DNA of 64,000 bases, from positions 79,135 through 143,134 of the forward strand of contig ADNK01001699.1 of assembly GCA_000320545.1 (NCBI GenBank). Reading direction: 5' to 3'. Within the stretch, counting starts at the first letter, position 1. Each line of letters begins with the position of its first letter. Made by a program: the position numbers and the translations under genes. Shown one piece after another: positions 29,211 through 41,280 of this stretch. The notes under the pieces were generated by a model. It saw only the letters and a program-made list of their open reading frames with translations, did no database searches and was not told the DNA's origin. The stretch is from Bigelowiella natans CCMP2755 (Eukaryota; Protista; Cercozoa).

Positions 29211-29728
29211 GTGAAAGATATTTTTGAGGGTTATTTCCTGAATTTCCTTAAATTATCGAGTGCTTTTCAGCTGTAAGACAATGCTTCTAGAATTGTCACA
29301 CATCAAAGAACACATTGGTTTTACACCGAAGAAGCTTTCACAGATCTTTCCTGACGAACTTCTCGATTCACTTACACATTTCCAGATTTCATTTTTCACT
29401 TTTTTTCATGCTTTTCTTCGAGTAATCTCACAAAATCTCGAGGCAGTTTCGTGTTTTTCCGTTTGCAATCTTGATGTCAAACTCTCTTTGTCGTATTTTC
29501 AAAATGGGCTCAAAATTGCACTTAAATATTCGGATTGTTGCTGCAAAGTTAGTCCTAAAAAACTCGACAGTCGTACTTCCCCCCCCATGAAACTGAACGA
29601 TGTCTAACTATTTAATGATACTAGCCTTCCATTCAATCAATGTGGGAGTCTTAAATATTTATTTTCAAGCTATTCTTTGCATTCAACTGTTCTCTTAACC
29701 TTTTATAATTTGTTTTCAGGATTAGAAA

Positions 29729-30215
29729 ATGTCCACAGCAGCAGCTTGGCTTAGAAAAACCGATGACCTTGATGATGATACATTCAACGAATTGAAAAAA
29801 ATTATCGGGAAGCCTATTGTCGAGGTTATAATACCAATTTCAGTTGTTAGCAAATTTTGAAAACAATCCAGTAACATTTTACAATGAACATCTCAGGAAG
29901 AACAGATGAACGGAGAAACGAAAAGTGAAGCTATGGATATAGTTGCTTCGGCGATTGATTCTTGTCAGGGTAACAATGCAAAATTGGATTATAAGGTAAA
30001 AAAAAATGTGGCCGCTTCTACAAATTATGATACAAATTCACATTAAATTACAGACTGCGGCACAACAAATAAAGGAGCAGATGGACAAGAAATTCGGTCC
30101 GTGTTGGCATTGCATAATTGGTGAAGCCATGGGGTTCTCAGTGACATTTAACACAGGGAATATGATATATATGTTTTGTGGAGGTAAAATAGCTGTGCTT
30201 CTCTTCAAATCGTAG
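29729..30215 (+). CDS. DNAL4: Dynein light chain, LC8 family, axonemal DNAL4-like; 3 exons
   Basis: MSTAAAWLRK...IIGKPIVE / EEQMNGETKSEAMDIVASAIDS...DYK / TAAQQIKEQMDKKFGPCWHCIIGEAMGFSVTFNTGNMIYMFCGGKIAVLLFKS*; the MDKKFG.WH..IGE.FGF..T motif is typical of DNAL4. Confidence 0.85.
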
Positions 30216-30785
30216 CTCAGTTTCTGATACTCCAAATGCTTTAAATGTGCTACTTACTAGACTTAGTTCTTAACACAGAAACATTTATCGCAAAATAATT
30301 TCGCTTTTTCGCATAAGCTAACCCTTTAGTGCACGATTAATTAAAGAAGTATATCTATGTTGAGGCATATAAACAATGCAGCGCGTTCGTACTTGCACCA
30401 TATTGTTGCAACCGCACATGCTAGACTAAATCGACGGTGCGACGGTATCGCATGTGCTTGGATTGCATTACGTGTAGCAGACAATGCAGGATCAATGCAA
30501 TCAGGCACATCTCGCTCACAGATTTGTCGTTAGTAGCCATGCTACGCATGCACAATGGCCGCATGGTGCGTGTGCACGCGCACGTCGATCTAGACGAAAG
30601 ATCACAGCATGCAAACAGGCGGGCACCGCTAGACGACGTCCGATCCTGTCCAGAGCGTACAAGCGTGCGTGTCGTGTGTGGCACACCTGCTAGCCTCTGG
30701 ACAGTCGCCACATTTCTCATTTCGGCATGCCACAAATAAATATGCGAAAAGCGCAAGTGAGCTGCGCCGGCTTTGCAAATGCAAG

Positions 30786-31144
30786 CATGCACGCGTTTTT
30801 TTCGTGCGAGCGCTTGCGCAATTGTCATTGTGAACACACTGGAACGTGTTTTGACCAGCAGTTGGAAAAGTTTAGTTTTTGCTACATCGGCTGAAATGAT
30901 GCCAAAATGACACCTCAGAATCCACATCACTGCATCTAGACCATTTTTTACGTTTTTGTGGTGGTCGCAGTGGTCTAGGTACATGCATCGCAGTGACATT
31001 GACAACATGTGGATTCTGAGGTGTCACTTTGGCATCATTTCAACCGATGCAGCAAAAACTGAACACTTTCAACTGGTCAAAACACATTTCAGCGTGTTCA
31101 CAATGATCGCTGCCAAGCGCTCGTGCGAAAAAAACGTGTGCATG
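30786..31144. repeat. Imperfect ~140-bp inverted repeat (arms 30786-30927 and 31007-31144), possibly a foldback/MITE remnant
   Basis: The reverse complement of arm 1 (atgtggattctgaggtgtcattttggcatcatttcagccgatgtagc...) aligns to arm 2 (atgtggattctgaggtgtcactttggcatcatttcaaccgatgcagc...). Confidence 0.85.
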
Positions 31145-31778
31145 ACTCACACTTGTGTTTTGCGACAACGGTCCAGGCCAGCAGGCTTGTCTAGTTGTGC
31201 GCTTGTCGCCATTGAGTTCATCTTCATGCAGGTGTTGAAATTTTGGCTGTCCATCGACTAGGAGATCATCAAACTGATGTGCGAACTGAATGGATGCAAC
31301 GTGTCAATTTGTCTGACTTGTGTTGCACCGAAATTGCCAGAAAATTCTGAAAAACACCCCACTTCAAATCATCAAAAATCGCACAAGTGGTGTGGATTTT
31401 CATTGCGTGAGTTTTGGACCGTGTCATGTAATCGAACCGATTGCAATCGCGTTGCTGAGAAACTTGATTTTTTCGAAAACATTGCTGTACTTAGACAGGT
31501 GTGACATGCCATGTTGCTATGGTGCCAGGCAGGAAGCACTCGAGCAGAGATATCTAGTTTCATTCATTGTTATAATTGTGATGCATGAAAATAAGCAAGT
31601 GCGATGCAGTTACGGTGTGCTATTGGCGTAACAGACGTGATTTTCATGATGCGATGAGCATGGTGTACTCTACGTTCCTTGCCGGGCCTAAACCTAGCCT
31701 GAGGAAGAGCCCAGATGGATCACACGTCTCACAAATTCTCGAATCAGCCTTCTGATCAGCCTTCTGAAAATGTATTTA

Positions 31779-32917
31779 TCAACGTTTAGCATCAACACTT
31801 TGTTCCGTCTGCTGATAGGTATTTTTCTTTTTCCCAATTATCATCTCTCCCCTTCGAACCAGTCTGGACTTGCGAGCTTTTGGGAAAATTTTTTGATTTA
31901 ATGGCCCCATCACAGCACGTTGAAAGCATTTTTGAGACCCGAATCTAACAGGTAATCTATTCTTTGGAAACTTTTTCGTAAGATGAGGAAAAACTCTAAC
32001 CAATTTCGTGTCAAAAGAATAGTATTTGCTGTGGTCTTCCTTGAACAACACGCAAAGGATGGCCATTTCTGAATGTGTCAATGCATTGGGACTTCTTCTC
32101 CTCAGTATCTCAAGAGTCTTCTCTGGTTTGCTTTGATGACAAATTGAGTTCTTAATCCATTGGTTTTCATCCCAAAGGATCATTGCAACATCGAACATGG
32201 ATGTTAATAATTCTTCAATTTTTATTACTTCTCCTGACTTCCTTGTTCTCAAAGAATGCAGCAGTTTCAGTCTGTTTCCAGAATGATTCGTTGCATCTTT
32301 AATCAGTTTGGAACGAAGCCCGTTTAGATTGGAGAGTAAATCCTTCACCATAGAGTACCATAAAGTGGGCTTCCGCGTTGAACGACGTTGTCCTTTAATT
32401 CTACGCACAGTGGCAGTAGATTGTGGTCGTGATATTTGCATGTTTCGAGATGTGGACAACGATTTATATGCACGACTTGTACCACACAGTAACGGAAATG
32501 ATCTTCGCATCTCGCCCATGAGGCATTTCGGGTTTGATGAATTTTTCCCTATCTTCTTTTCGGGAAGACTTATGTTGCTGCTTCCCTTCATTATAAATTG
32601 CTCTCTCAGAGCTCCGATGGCATGCAGCCGCTAATTATTGTAGCAGGGACATGTTAGGCAACATGTTGAGATCTACACGAAGGTGTCAACAGTAATTAGA
32701 AGATAACTCGAGATAAGGTGGTGAAGGTACTGTTTAATTTTATTCTAAAGCGTCGTAAGCGAATGCTCAATTTCACAACCTCGTGTGCCTTTTTCCTCCA
32801 CTCAGCTTGCTCCTCTTCGATCAAAATCTGTTTTTGTTCGATTTGACTTGGGTAGACTCGAAGATGCTCTGGCAAATTTTTATTGATTTGATCCAGAGCA
32901 CTCTCCATTTGATCCAT
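31779..32917 (-). CDS. Hypothetical protein (ORFs 32696-32917 and 31779-32591); family not recognised, possibly a degenerate or TE-derived gene
   Basis: Open frames of 270 aa and 73 aa with protein-like composition in TA-normal DNA; no motif recognised. Confidence 0.4.
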
Positions 32918-33261
32918 TTGGAGATTCTCCTCCTCTCCTCTAATTCTGGTGAATGTTCGGTTTTTATGTTGGTAGGGGCACTGCTGTTACATACATGACG
33001 ACAACAGATACGACGACAACCATTAGATCTACGAGTAGTTAGATCTGGAACAGGAAAGATAAATAATAATTTAAGTATTTCATCGTATAAATTCGAGAAA
33101 GTTATAATTAGGAGGAATTATTGTTGTTGATGTTGCTTCAACATGGCAACGCCGTTGAACAGCACCGACCGAAACAAACCTCTATTGGTTTTTATCAAAA
33201 GGTTCACTTTCAGAAGAGATGTCGTAGCTGGATAATCAATGGTGTGACAGCAGATTGACTA

Positions 33262-33864
33262 CCGTAAGTTTAGCTCTTATTTGTCACCCCTGGTTACACT
33301 CAATTCGTGTTTTTGCCGAAAAAGTTACATGTCACCCCAAATTTGAGATCGCCTGAGTTTAGTTGTCGGTGAATTTCCGAAGAAAAATTGCCCATTTTGA
33401 ACCATCTTTAAAATGTTCTTTCGAAACTTTTCGTCTTAATTTTTTACTTGTTTTTGGGAAGTGTGCATATTTTCGTAAGATCCGTATGGACACCGTAGGG
33501 ACAGGAAATATCGTAGCGAGATCTGGACAGTTTTTCTTAGATGTTTTAGGGTGCGAGATTCCCCATTCCATGAAAAAGAAACGTGAAAAGTGTGCACATT
33601 TTCGCAAGGGGCAGATACGCCGTAGGAACATGCATCGTAGGAACAGGAAATATCGTAGCGAGCTCTGGACAGTTTTTCTTAGATGTTTTTGGGTGTGAGA
33701 TTCCCCATTCCACGAAAAAGAAACCATGTGAAAAGTTACATGTCACCCTGTTCTAAATCGATCTGTCAAAGTTACATGTCACCTGTTCTAAATCGATTTG
33801 TCAGTTTAACGCAAAAGTTACATATCACCCGTTTTTGGGTGACAAATAAGAGCTAAACTTACGG
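33262..33864. mobile_element. 603-bp non-autonomous DNA transposon (MITE), Tc1/mariner-pogo type
   Basis: Perfect 28-bp TIRs CCGTAAGTTTAGCTCTTATTTGTCACCC (33262-33289) and its reverse complement (33837-33864), flanked by TA on both sides. Internal repeats AAAGTTACATGTCACC (x4) and a ~80-bp internal duplication; no transposase ORF. Confidence 0.9.
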
Positions 33865-34133
33865 TAAATAGGAATGAAATTAGTTAAAAATGGTGGCGAT
33901 TTTCCCAGATTCTTCCATCATCTGGAAAATTTCATTTGTCAGAATAGAGATCATAAAATTAGTCTCCATCACATACCTACGACAATACTTTCTTGAGCGG
34001 GATTACAAGGAAGGCCGAGCGCAATTTACTCGCCATCCTCCCAGGTGTAGAAGAAGCAGCCAGCCTCTCCTTCAAGCTCTTCAACCCTTCGACACTGACC
34101 CCACCAATTCTAGGAAACCAACTCATTGACACA

Positions 34134-35620
34134 ATGCCGCTTGAAGCAGTTATGGTTTGGTAAGGGCACCATTCATTTCACACTGCGCAATCTAGTCTCG
34201 ATATTTAAACTTCCATGTTCTACTAATTCATCACTTGTGTCTCACACATATCTTACATTAGTATGGATAACTCTGAGTACCAGAGAAATGGCGATTACTC
34301 TCCGAATCGATTGATTGCTCAACGGGAAACAATCAACCACATAGCTTTGTCGAAGACAGAATCGAATATGGAGAGTACTGTTGGTGTTTTAACGATGGCT
34401 GGAAAATTGAAAGTATTAGCAGCTCCAACAAGAAATCTTGGGTCCATTATGACAGAGCTTAAGTCTGTTGGTATGCGTGGAAAGTGTGACCTCCTTGCTG
34501 GCATCAAAACTGCGCAGTTGGCCCTTAAAAACAGACAGAACAAGAATCAACACCCTAGAATCATTGTGTTTGTTGGCAGCCCGATAGAGACAGATATGAA
34601 GAAACTCACCAAACTTGGTGCACAGCTCAAGAAAAATAGTTACGCGGTGAGCCAACTTATATTCTATTATCTGGACGAGTCTGCATCCTATCTCGTTCTT
34701 GTGACTTTTCCCTGATCTTAATCATATTCGAGATTGTTAGTAACAATTCGAAAATTGTTCCTCTCACATTACTGAATATATCTCATAGCAGTCGATTTGA
34801 ATACCTTGTTTGAATAACATTTGCTATCCCAAACGCTAGGTTGATGTAATTAATTTTGGCAAGGAAAACGCTCAAAATACCAACGTGGAGAAACTTGAGG
34901 CGTTCATTAATGCTGTAAACAATGAGGACAATAGCCACCTTGTGAATGTACCTCCTGGTCCTCACAACCTCTCAGATATGGTAGCGTCTACTATATTGGG
35001 TAGTGTGCCTCAAACAGGGGGTTTTGGTGCATCTGGAACAGGGGGCGGTAACCTTTCAAATGGGGGGGGTATTGCTGGGGCTGCGGCTGGAGCTGGCGGT
35101 GCTGGTGCACAAGACAACACGGAAGAAGCTCTACTAGCATATGCTCTTCGCATATCAATGGAGGAAGCCCGCGATCGTCAACAGAAACCTGGAGAAAGCA
35201 AAGCAGAGAGTTCTAAGATGGAAGAGGAGAAAAAGGAAGAAACGGTGAAGGAAGAGGGTAGCAAGATGGAAATAGACAATGTTGGTGACGATGAGATGGA
35301 TGAAGAGGCTGAACTTGCTGCCGCAATAGCTTTATCTATGGCTGATGAAGATGTTGAAGCTGAAGATGATGGTGGTAAAGAAGATGCGGTAGGAGGAGAC
35401 GCCGATGAAGCTATGCTTTCAGTTCTAAAGGAGGAAAAGTTCATTGAAGACTTGATTGATTCCACTGGCGTGCAGAAGGATGATATAGATATTCAGAAAT
35501 TGCTGGATTTCAGCGAAGAGGATGAGGTAGGTCCTTTTATATTTACGTATAATTCCAGAATCTAAAATGCCTTTTCAACTTTAGGGTAAGAAAGACGAAG
35601 ATGAAGAAGGCCGCAAATAG
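34134..35620 (+). CDS. RPN10: 26S proteasome non-ATPase regulatory subunit 4 (vWA domain + UIMs); 4 exons
   Basis: MPLEAVMVC / MDNSEYQRNGDYSPNRL...GIKTAQLALKNRQNKNQHPRIIVFVGSPI...LKKNSYA / VDVINFG...KLEAFINAVNNEDNSHLVNVPPGPHNLSD...LLAYALRISMEEAR...ELAAAIALSM (UIMs) / GKKDEDEEGRK*. Confidence 0.95.
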
Positions 35621-36856
35621 GTGGAAAGACCCAAAATAAGCTACCTAGTTAAAGCACCGGAATCTGCTAAATATAAGCATTTCTATAAGATTTCAAGATG
35701 CTGTGGAGAGTTCAGTAAAATTTCGTAGCATATAAATCAACTGATACACAAGAGATGCATGCCGACTCGAAAAGCTGTGCAAGCACATTAGTCCACGTGC
35801 GCGCGCGGTATAGGGACCTATAGGTCCCTGTACCGCGCGCTAGCTTACTGCAGTGCAAGCTACGTTTATTCCGCATCTTGCATGCGCATTGTGGGGTGTT
35901 GGCTAGAGCTGGGCACAAACATTTTTTTTCATTTGGAAATGCTTTGCTTTGCTTCTGAACAAGTGTTTGATTTGAACAAACAATGCCCACATGTCGCGAA
36001 ACTAGTGTTTGGTTTGTTCAAGTGATGTTCGAACAAGAAGCAGTGTTTGCAAATGTTTTCCTGTGGAAATCATTTGCAAACGATTTGAAAAATTTGAAAT
36101 GTTCCCGCGCAGCTGCGCGCGCAAAGCACGACATGACAGACCAAATCGCAATGCATTTGAATGCGCATTGTGCAACGTGTGACAAAGGGAACAAACAATC
36201 GCACAGGCACAACTTCACAACTCATCGCAGATGGACACAGTTGTTGCGTGGACGCCATGCGCATGCAGATGTGCAGCATCATGGCGCACACATGCTGCCA
36301 TTGAAAAGATTTTGTCACTTCATTGCATCCGTCTCATTGTCGCGCCTTCGGTTTGTGCATTCATCGCTTGCGTGGGAGTTGGCATGCTGTCAATGTCCTT
36401 GTTGATTGTCTGAACTTGCTTTGCCTGCATGGCAGCAGGCGCGGTGCGATGATGCGACGCGGCATTGAAACCATTCGCATGCAGAACGGCCGCAGCCGGG
36501 CTGTTGTCCTTGAACTCTTCGTCAAGGCAAGCCACGTGCTTCGGAATGGGTGACGCTGATCGGTCAGCGTGCCGCGGTGGTGGATCTGAGGTGCTGCGCA
36601 CGTGTGCAGAAGCACGCGAGTCGCAGGGTTGAAGTTGAGACGCACACGCACTGTTGCATGCAACCGATTCGTTCTGCATCACGTGCAGCTGTCGATTGTT
36701 GCAGCAATGTGCGCCCTCGCATGCAACCGATTCGTTCTGCATCGAGTGCAGCTGTCGATTGTTGCAGCATTGGGCGTGGTGCAATGCGGTCTCGTGTTGA
36801 GAACTGAAGTCGCATGAGTCGTTGAGTTGCATTGTTGTTTGGTCCTTGAGTTGCTT

Positions 36857-37001
36857 TGTCACTTGAACGTTTGAGTTCTGATGTCACTTGGTCGTTTGAG
36901 TTCTGAGTGTGCTTGGTTGCTTGCTTGTGCAGTTGAGTTCTGATCTCAATGTGTCACTTGGACTTTTGAGTTCTGACGTCACTTGGACTTTTGAGTTCTG
37001 A
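36857..37001. repeat. Four ~25-bp repeats (T/C)GTCACTTGGACTTTTGAGTTCTGA in two pairs
   Basis: Units at 36857, 36882, 36952 and 36977; a ~62-bp tandem duplication also lies at ~36656-36770. Confidence 0.8.
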
Positions 37002-39795
37002 TGAGTTGTGTCTTGATCGTTGTTGCAGGTGCGACGACGCATGGCTTTTCACTTTGCCATGTCGCGACATGGCTTTTCACGCTGCCGTGTCGCGATGCGC
37101 GAAACTCCTGAGAGACTTCCGCAAAGTGAGTGAGCTTTTCACTTTGCCATGTCGCGACACGCTGAGCGCCACTTGGCCGTGTCCAACGTGTGCACTTTTG
37201 CACGCGGCCTTGTCGGGCCAGCACAAGCCAACAGGGGGCTCGTCGTGGTCGGGCGGCAAACTGCATCGTGGCGCCATGATGGACATGGCAATGCACACAT
37301 GCAATGCATGCATTGCATTGCGTGTCTGCAACACTTGTGACAGACATGGCAATGCACACACATGACATGCATGTTGCATTGCGTGTCCATGATCGCTGTG
37401 CTGGCGTGCGCCACATCATGGCCACTCAGGACTCAGGACTCAGCCCCACAGACTCAGGAACTGTTTTTCTCCACTTTGCAACCTCCAGCTGTGCCTTTCT
37501 CGTGTTTGAGAACTTTCCAAAATCTGTCCAACTTTGACAATTTGTTGAGCATCACCAATGCTTCAGCTGTGTCTGTCGACAATGCACTTCGACGCGCTGT
37601 CAGTGTCAAGCCACACAACAAGAAGATGCGTTCGGACTCGACTGACGCAGCTTCAAATCATCACTTTCCTTTTCATGCCGAGTGATGCTTCTCCAAAGTG
37701 GAGCTTCATGCACAAAGATGCATTCTGATGGAAAGTGACAAGCCCTGCGGGTGGGGTTGTCAATTGCAAATGCAATTTGAAACAGCACTGACATGGCATC
37801 TCATTGGTTGTTTCTTTGGTGAAATCAGGGAAGCAAAAGCAATGCAGCATGTTGCAGACACGTGTTTTTGATTGCTAGTTTGTTGCACCAATGAGAATGA
37901 GCTGCGCTCTCGCAAGATGTGCACGATCGCAACAGCAGCTGCTGCACGTGCTGCTGACTAGCTGGCCCCAGCCAACTGGAGCTAGCTGCAATGAAGTTTC
38001 ATCAGTGCGAGATGCTGGCGAGATGGCAGCGAGACGGATGCAATGTGATCATCTGTCACTTTTTTCAATGGTCCGTCACAACCCAGCAATGCACATGCTG
38101 GCATGTGCAGTCCAACAGCACCAGAGCAGCAGTGCGCAGCACGTGTGCCAGCGCATGGCGTGGCGGCTGCGTGCGTGCATGCTGCGCATGCGCAGCACAT
38201 GCGCCGGCCTAGCTAGCTGGCCTGGTCGCCGTGGCCACGTGGGTGATTTTTCTTCAGAAGTTCACCGACAACGCAAGCTCAGGCGATCTCAAGTTTGGCT
38301 AGCAATGTCGGCAACAATTGGCCACGCTGGACGCATGCAAAAGCTCAATTTTGGTGATTTTCTTGAAACGTTTCCAAAAACATTTGCAAACATGTTTGAT
38401 TTGATTTGGTTTGAACAAATGCGAACACTTTGAAAAATCACTTCCAAACACCAAGTGCTTGCAAACTTGTGTTTGGTTTGTTCAAGTGCCACTCTGGCTC
38501 GTGCTGTGGTCAGTTTGCGACCACCAAGTGCACGCAAGCGCGCATGCACACGGACAAGTGCAAATGGCAGTGCACGTTGTGCTTTGTCATGTCCAACACT
38601 TTCACGTGAGCATGCTCATGCAGGTTCAGGCCATTGTGCCCACATCTCAGTTGGTCACATGGGGGCATGTGACGTGAGTTGCACGCCCAGAAACACAGTT
38701 CAGGAGGGGGCACACGCAAATGGGAACATCCTTCTCGGTCACTTCCCCAACCGTGGACGTTCCTAGGAGCACCCTCGGTGTTTTGCTTGCGACAAGGAGT
38801 CGGCCTGCGTGTTGCAACGTCATGGGGGAAAATGGCCTGCACTTTCCCTGACGTTTTGGGCAACTTCAGCTGCGCAGCACGTTGCTGCTGGCTGGCTGGG
38901 GACGCTGTGTGCCCAGCACGTGACGTGCATTGGCGCGCAACGCGCTGGTTTGGCATGCTCTGAAAGACCCGCAAGCAAGCGGCAAGCTTTGTCCTTTCAC
39001 GATCTGCTCGTGCACGACCAGCTCGTGTTCCACGTTCAACAGGGTGTCAGTTTTGTGGCACGAAGCATTGTCAAAGCATGCATTGCACAGGTTGTGTTGT
39101 CAGCGCTGCGCAATGCAACTGCACTGGTGGCGGACGAACTGCGTCAAGTGGACGATCAAGGGAACTTGATTGGGGCTCAGGGTGAGCCATGGAACCATGC
39201 AGAGGAAGCTGAGGGCAAGGAAATCAAGATTGAAAATCCGGAAGTTTCGACGGGTGGCCATGCGTCACGGGAAGGTGTCCCAGTGGCTCAGCCCGTGGCT
39301 TCTGAACGTTCAAATCATTGAGCTTGGATCGGGCGCCCGGCATTCCCTGACGACGGATGAGGTTCTGGAGCAGTTTGGTGACCTGACTGTTTCTGCAGGC
39401 CGACGAGTTGCAAAGTGTGTTTTGCACTGCGACGGCATTGACAAAGGTGTGAATGACTCAGTCAGAGTGACAACTGCTGACTTGGAATCGCGGGAGTTCG
39501 CACTTCATCGTTGTTTGGACAAGGGAACAACTTTGCGAACTTGGGCCTGCACGATCAAGAAGTGTGGAGGCCCACATCGTGCTCCGCCAGGCATGGTGGA
39601 CACGATGGAGCGGAAGGCCAAGCTGCAGCCTTCGGTCCGAGACGTTGCGGGTGCCATCGACTCGTTTCGACGGCACTGCCCTGTCAAAGGTGAGCTGTGT
39701 GTGGCCACTGTGAGCCCGGCACAGTTCCGTGGGAGTGCTCGTGGGCTTTGTGATGAAATCAAAGCACACGCTGCTTTGGTCGGCCAAGCCGACTT

Positions 39796-40211
39796 TTTTA
39801 GCAGGCTTGCGGTAGCTGCTTAGCTTTTGTGCGCGGGACTGTGCTGATGTCACTGAGTGTCAACACGCGGTCCTGTGTGCGTTTGAATTGTGTTGATGAC
39901 TTGTGACTTGCGCTGCATGCATGTGCGCATTGGGTTCCGGCGCATTCGCGAAGATTCTCGAATCTTCCAGAATTCTCTCGAATTCTCTGGAAGATTCTCG
40001 AAGCTTCCGGAATGCTCTCGAAGATTCTGGAAGATTCTCGAATCTTCCGGAATGTTCTCGAAGCTTCTGGAAGATTCTCGAAGCTTCTCGAAGATTCCCG
40101 AAGTTCTGAGAACTTCCATGCGCATGTGCGCAGCGCAGCGTGCAGCACGAGTGGACGTGCGCATGCTGCGACAGCTCCTTGATCGTGGGTGGCGCGGCCA
40201 GACCGCTGACA
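39796..40211 (-). repeat. Copia 3' LTR (TG...AA)
   Basis: Direct repeat of 45908-46323; preceded on the minus strand by the PPT ATGGGGGCG (40212-40220). Confidence 0.95.
39950..40117. promoter_or_regulatory. Heat-shock-element (nGAAn inverted pentamer) array in the 3' LTR
   Basis: 17 GAA triplets in exact 10-bp phase; 12 of the first 15 units are GAAnnTTCnn. Confidence 0.75.
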
Positions 40212-40590
40212 CGCCCCCATGGACGTGGTGACCACGATCAGAGTGCTGATGTGCACGTGCCATTTCTGCCATGGTGACAGAACTTTTGCACGGTGCTGCA
40301 CATGGACGCCATTCCCAAAGGTTTCGGAGTCCGAATGGTTGGCAAAATTTTGCCGACCAAACATCGCACCACCAGACGCCTGAAACTCTGTGCAGAGGCA
40401 CAAAATTCCCAGGCTTGCAACTGGGCAAGGTGCCATGGGCATGGTGCACTCCGAAATCGGCAGGAAAAATTCTTGCCTGACTGGGCAAGGTGCCACCATT
40501 TCGGTACGAACTGGGACTTGTCCAAAAAATTAATTTTTTAAACGACACCAGTGTGCTTCCAGAAAAAATTCTGGAATCCCTCACGTGCTT

Positions 40591-40640
40591 CCAGAAAACA
40601 TTCTGGAACATTCTGGAACATTCTGGAACATTCTGGAACA
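40591..40640. repeat. (GAACATTCTG)n tandem repeat, HSE-like, in the Copia 3' UTR
   Basis: ccagaaaacattctggaacattctggaacattctggaacattctggaaca. Confidence 0.75.
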
Positions 40641-41280
40641 CCGATCTGGTTTCCCATAGTCAGGTCCCCAAATTTAGGAACTTCGATCGACCGTGCTTTT
40701 AACTCTTCACCTTGCCCCACCTCTTGTGATGAGGCGAGCTACGTACACGTCCACGTCCCCCAATGGAGCTCTTCCCTGAGAGACGAAATTGCGGGCTGGG
40801 CTCCAAATACTGTTGGCTGGCTGGGTTGCAGCCATGCCAGATCGAGAAGGAATGCCGAAGAGAATACAGTCTGCCTTCGTGGGTCTGAAGGCATCATACT
40901 CTGGTCATAGCGACATTGTTCTTCCACACCTCCACACAGGGAAGGCAGTTTTTTTCTGTCTTATTTATTTTTAATTTCGTAGGTATCTCGTAGTATATAG
41001 CCTTATATCTTGTTCTTGTTTTGTAGGTATCCTGTCTTTGTTCCACATTCGCCCCCATGATTGTGCAGTGTCTGGAAGACAGACACTGTGCAATTATATA
41101 ATCCATAGCGTAATTTACATTCGCCCCCATCGGAGCTGTGCACATAGCTGTGCATATAGTCCATAGTAAGATACGCAAGGAAAGGTACACACATATAAAG
41201 ATGTGTGCCATTAAAACCTTGCAGCCTATATGTTCATATGTTGTAGGTTTCTAGATGGACGTGGGGCTTTTATAGGGCGT

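Larger units (their letters stand above)
35950..40500. other. TA-dinucleotide-depleted domain (degenerate repeats, relic ORFs and the Copia 3' LTR)
   Basis: By eye only 8 TA occur in 36000-39795, all in CTAG; TG, CA and CG are abundant. Confidence 0.92.

Noticed and set aside
35983-38974. Dense six-frame Cys/His-rich ORFs (also at 59-63.6 kb and 30.4-31.6 kb)
   Set aside because: Artefact of TA loss: TAA/TAG stops and Tyr codons are missing, so random frames stay open. No protein motifs.
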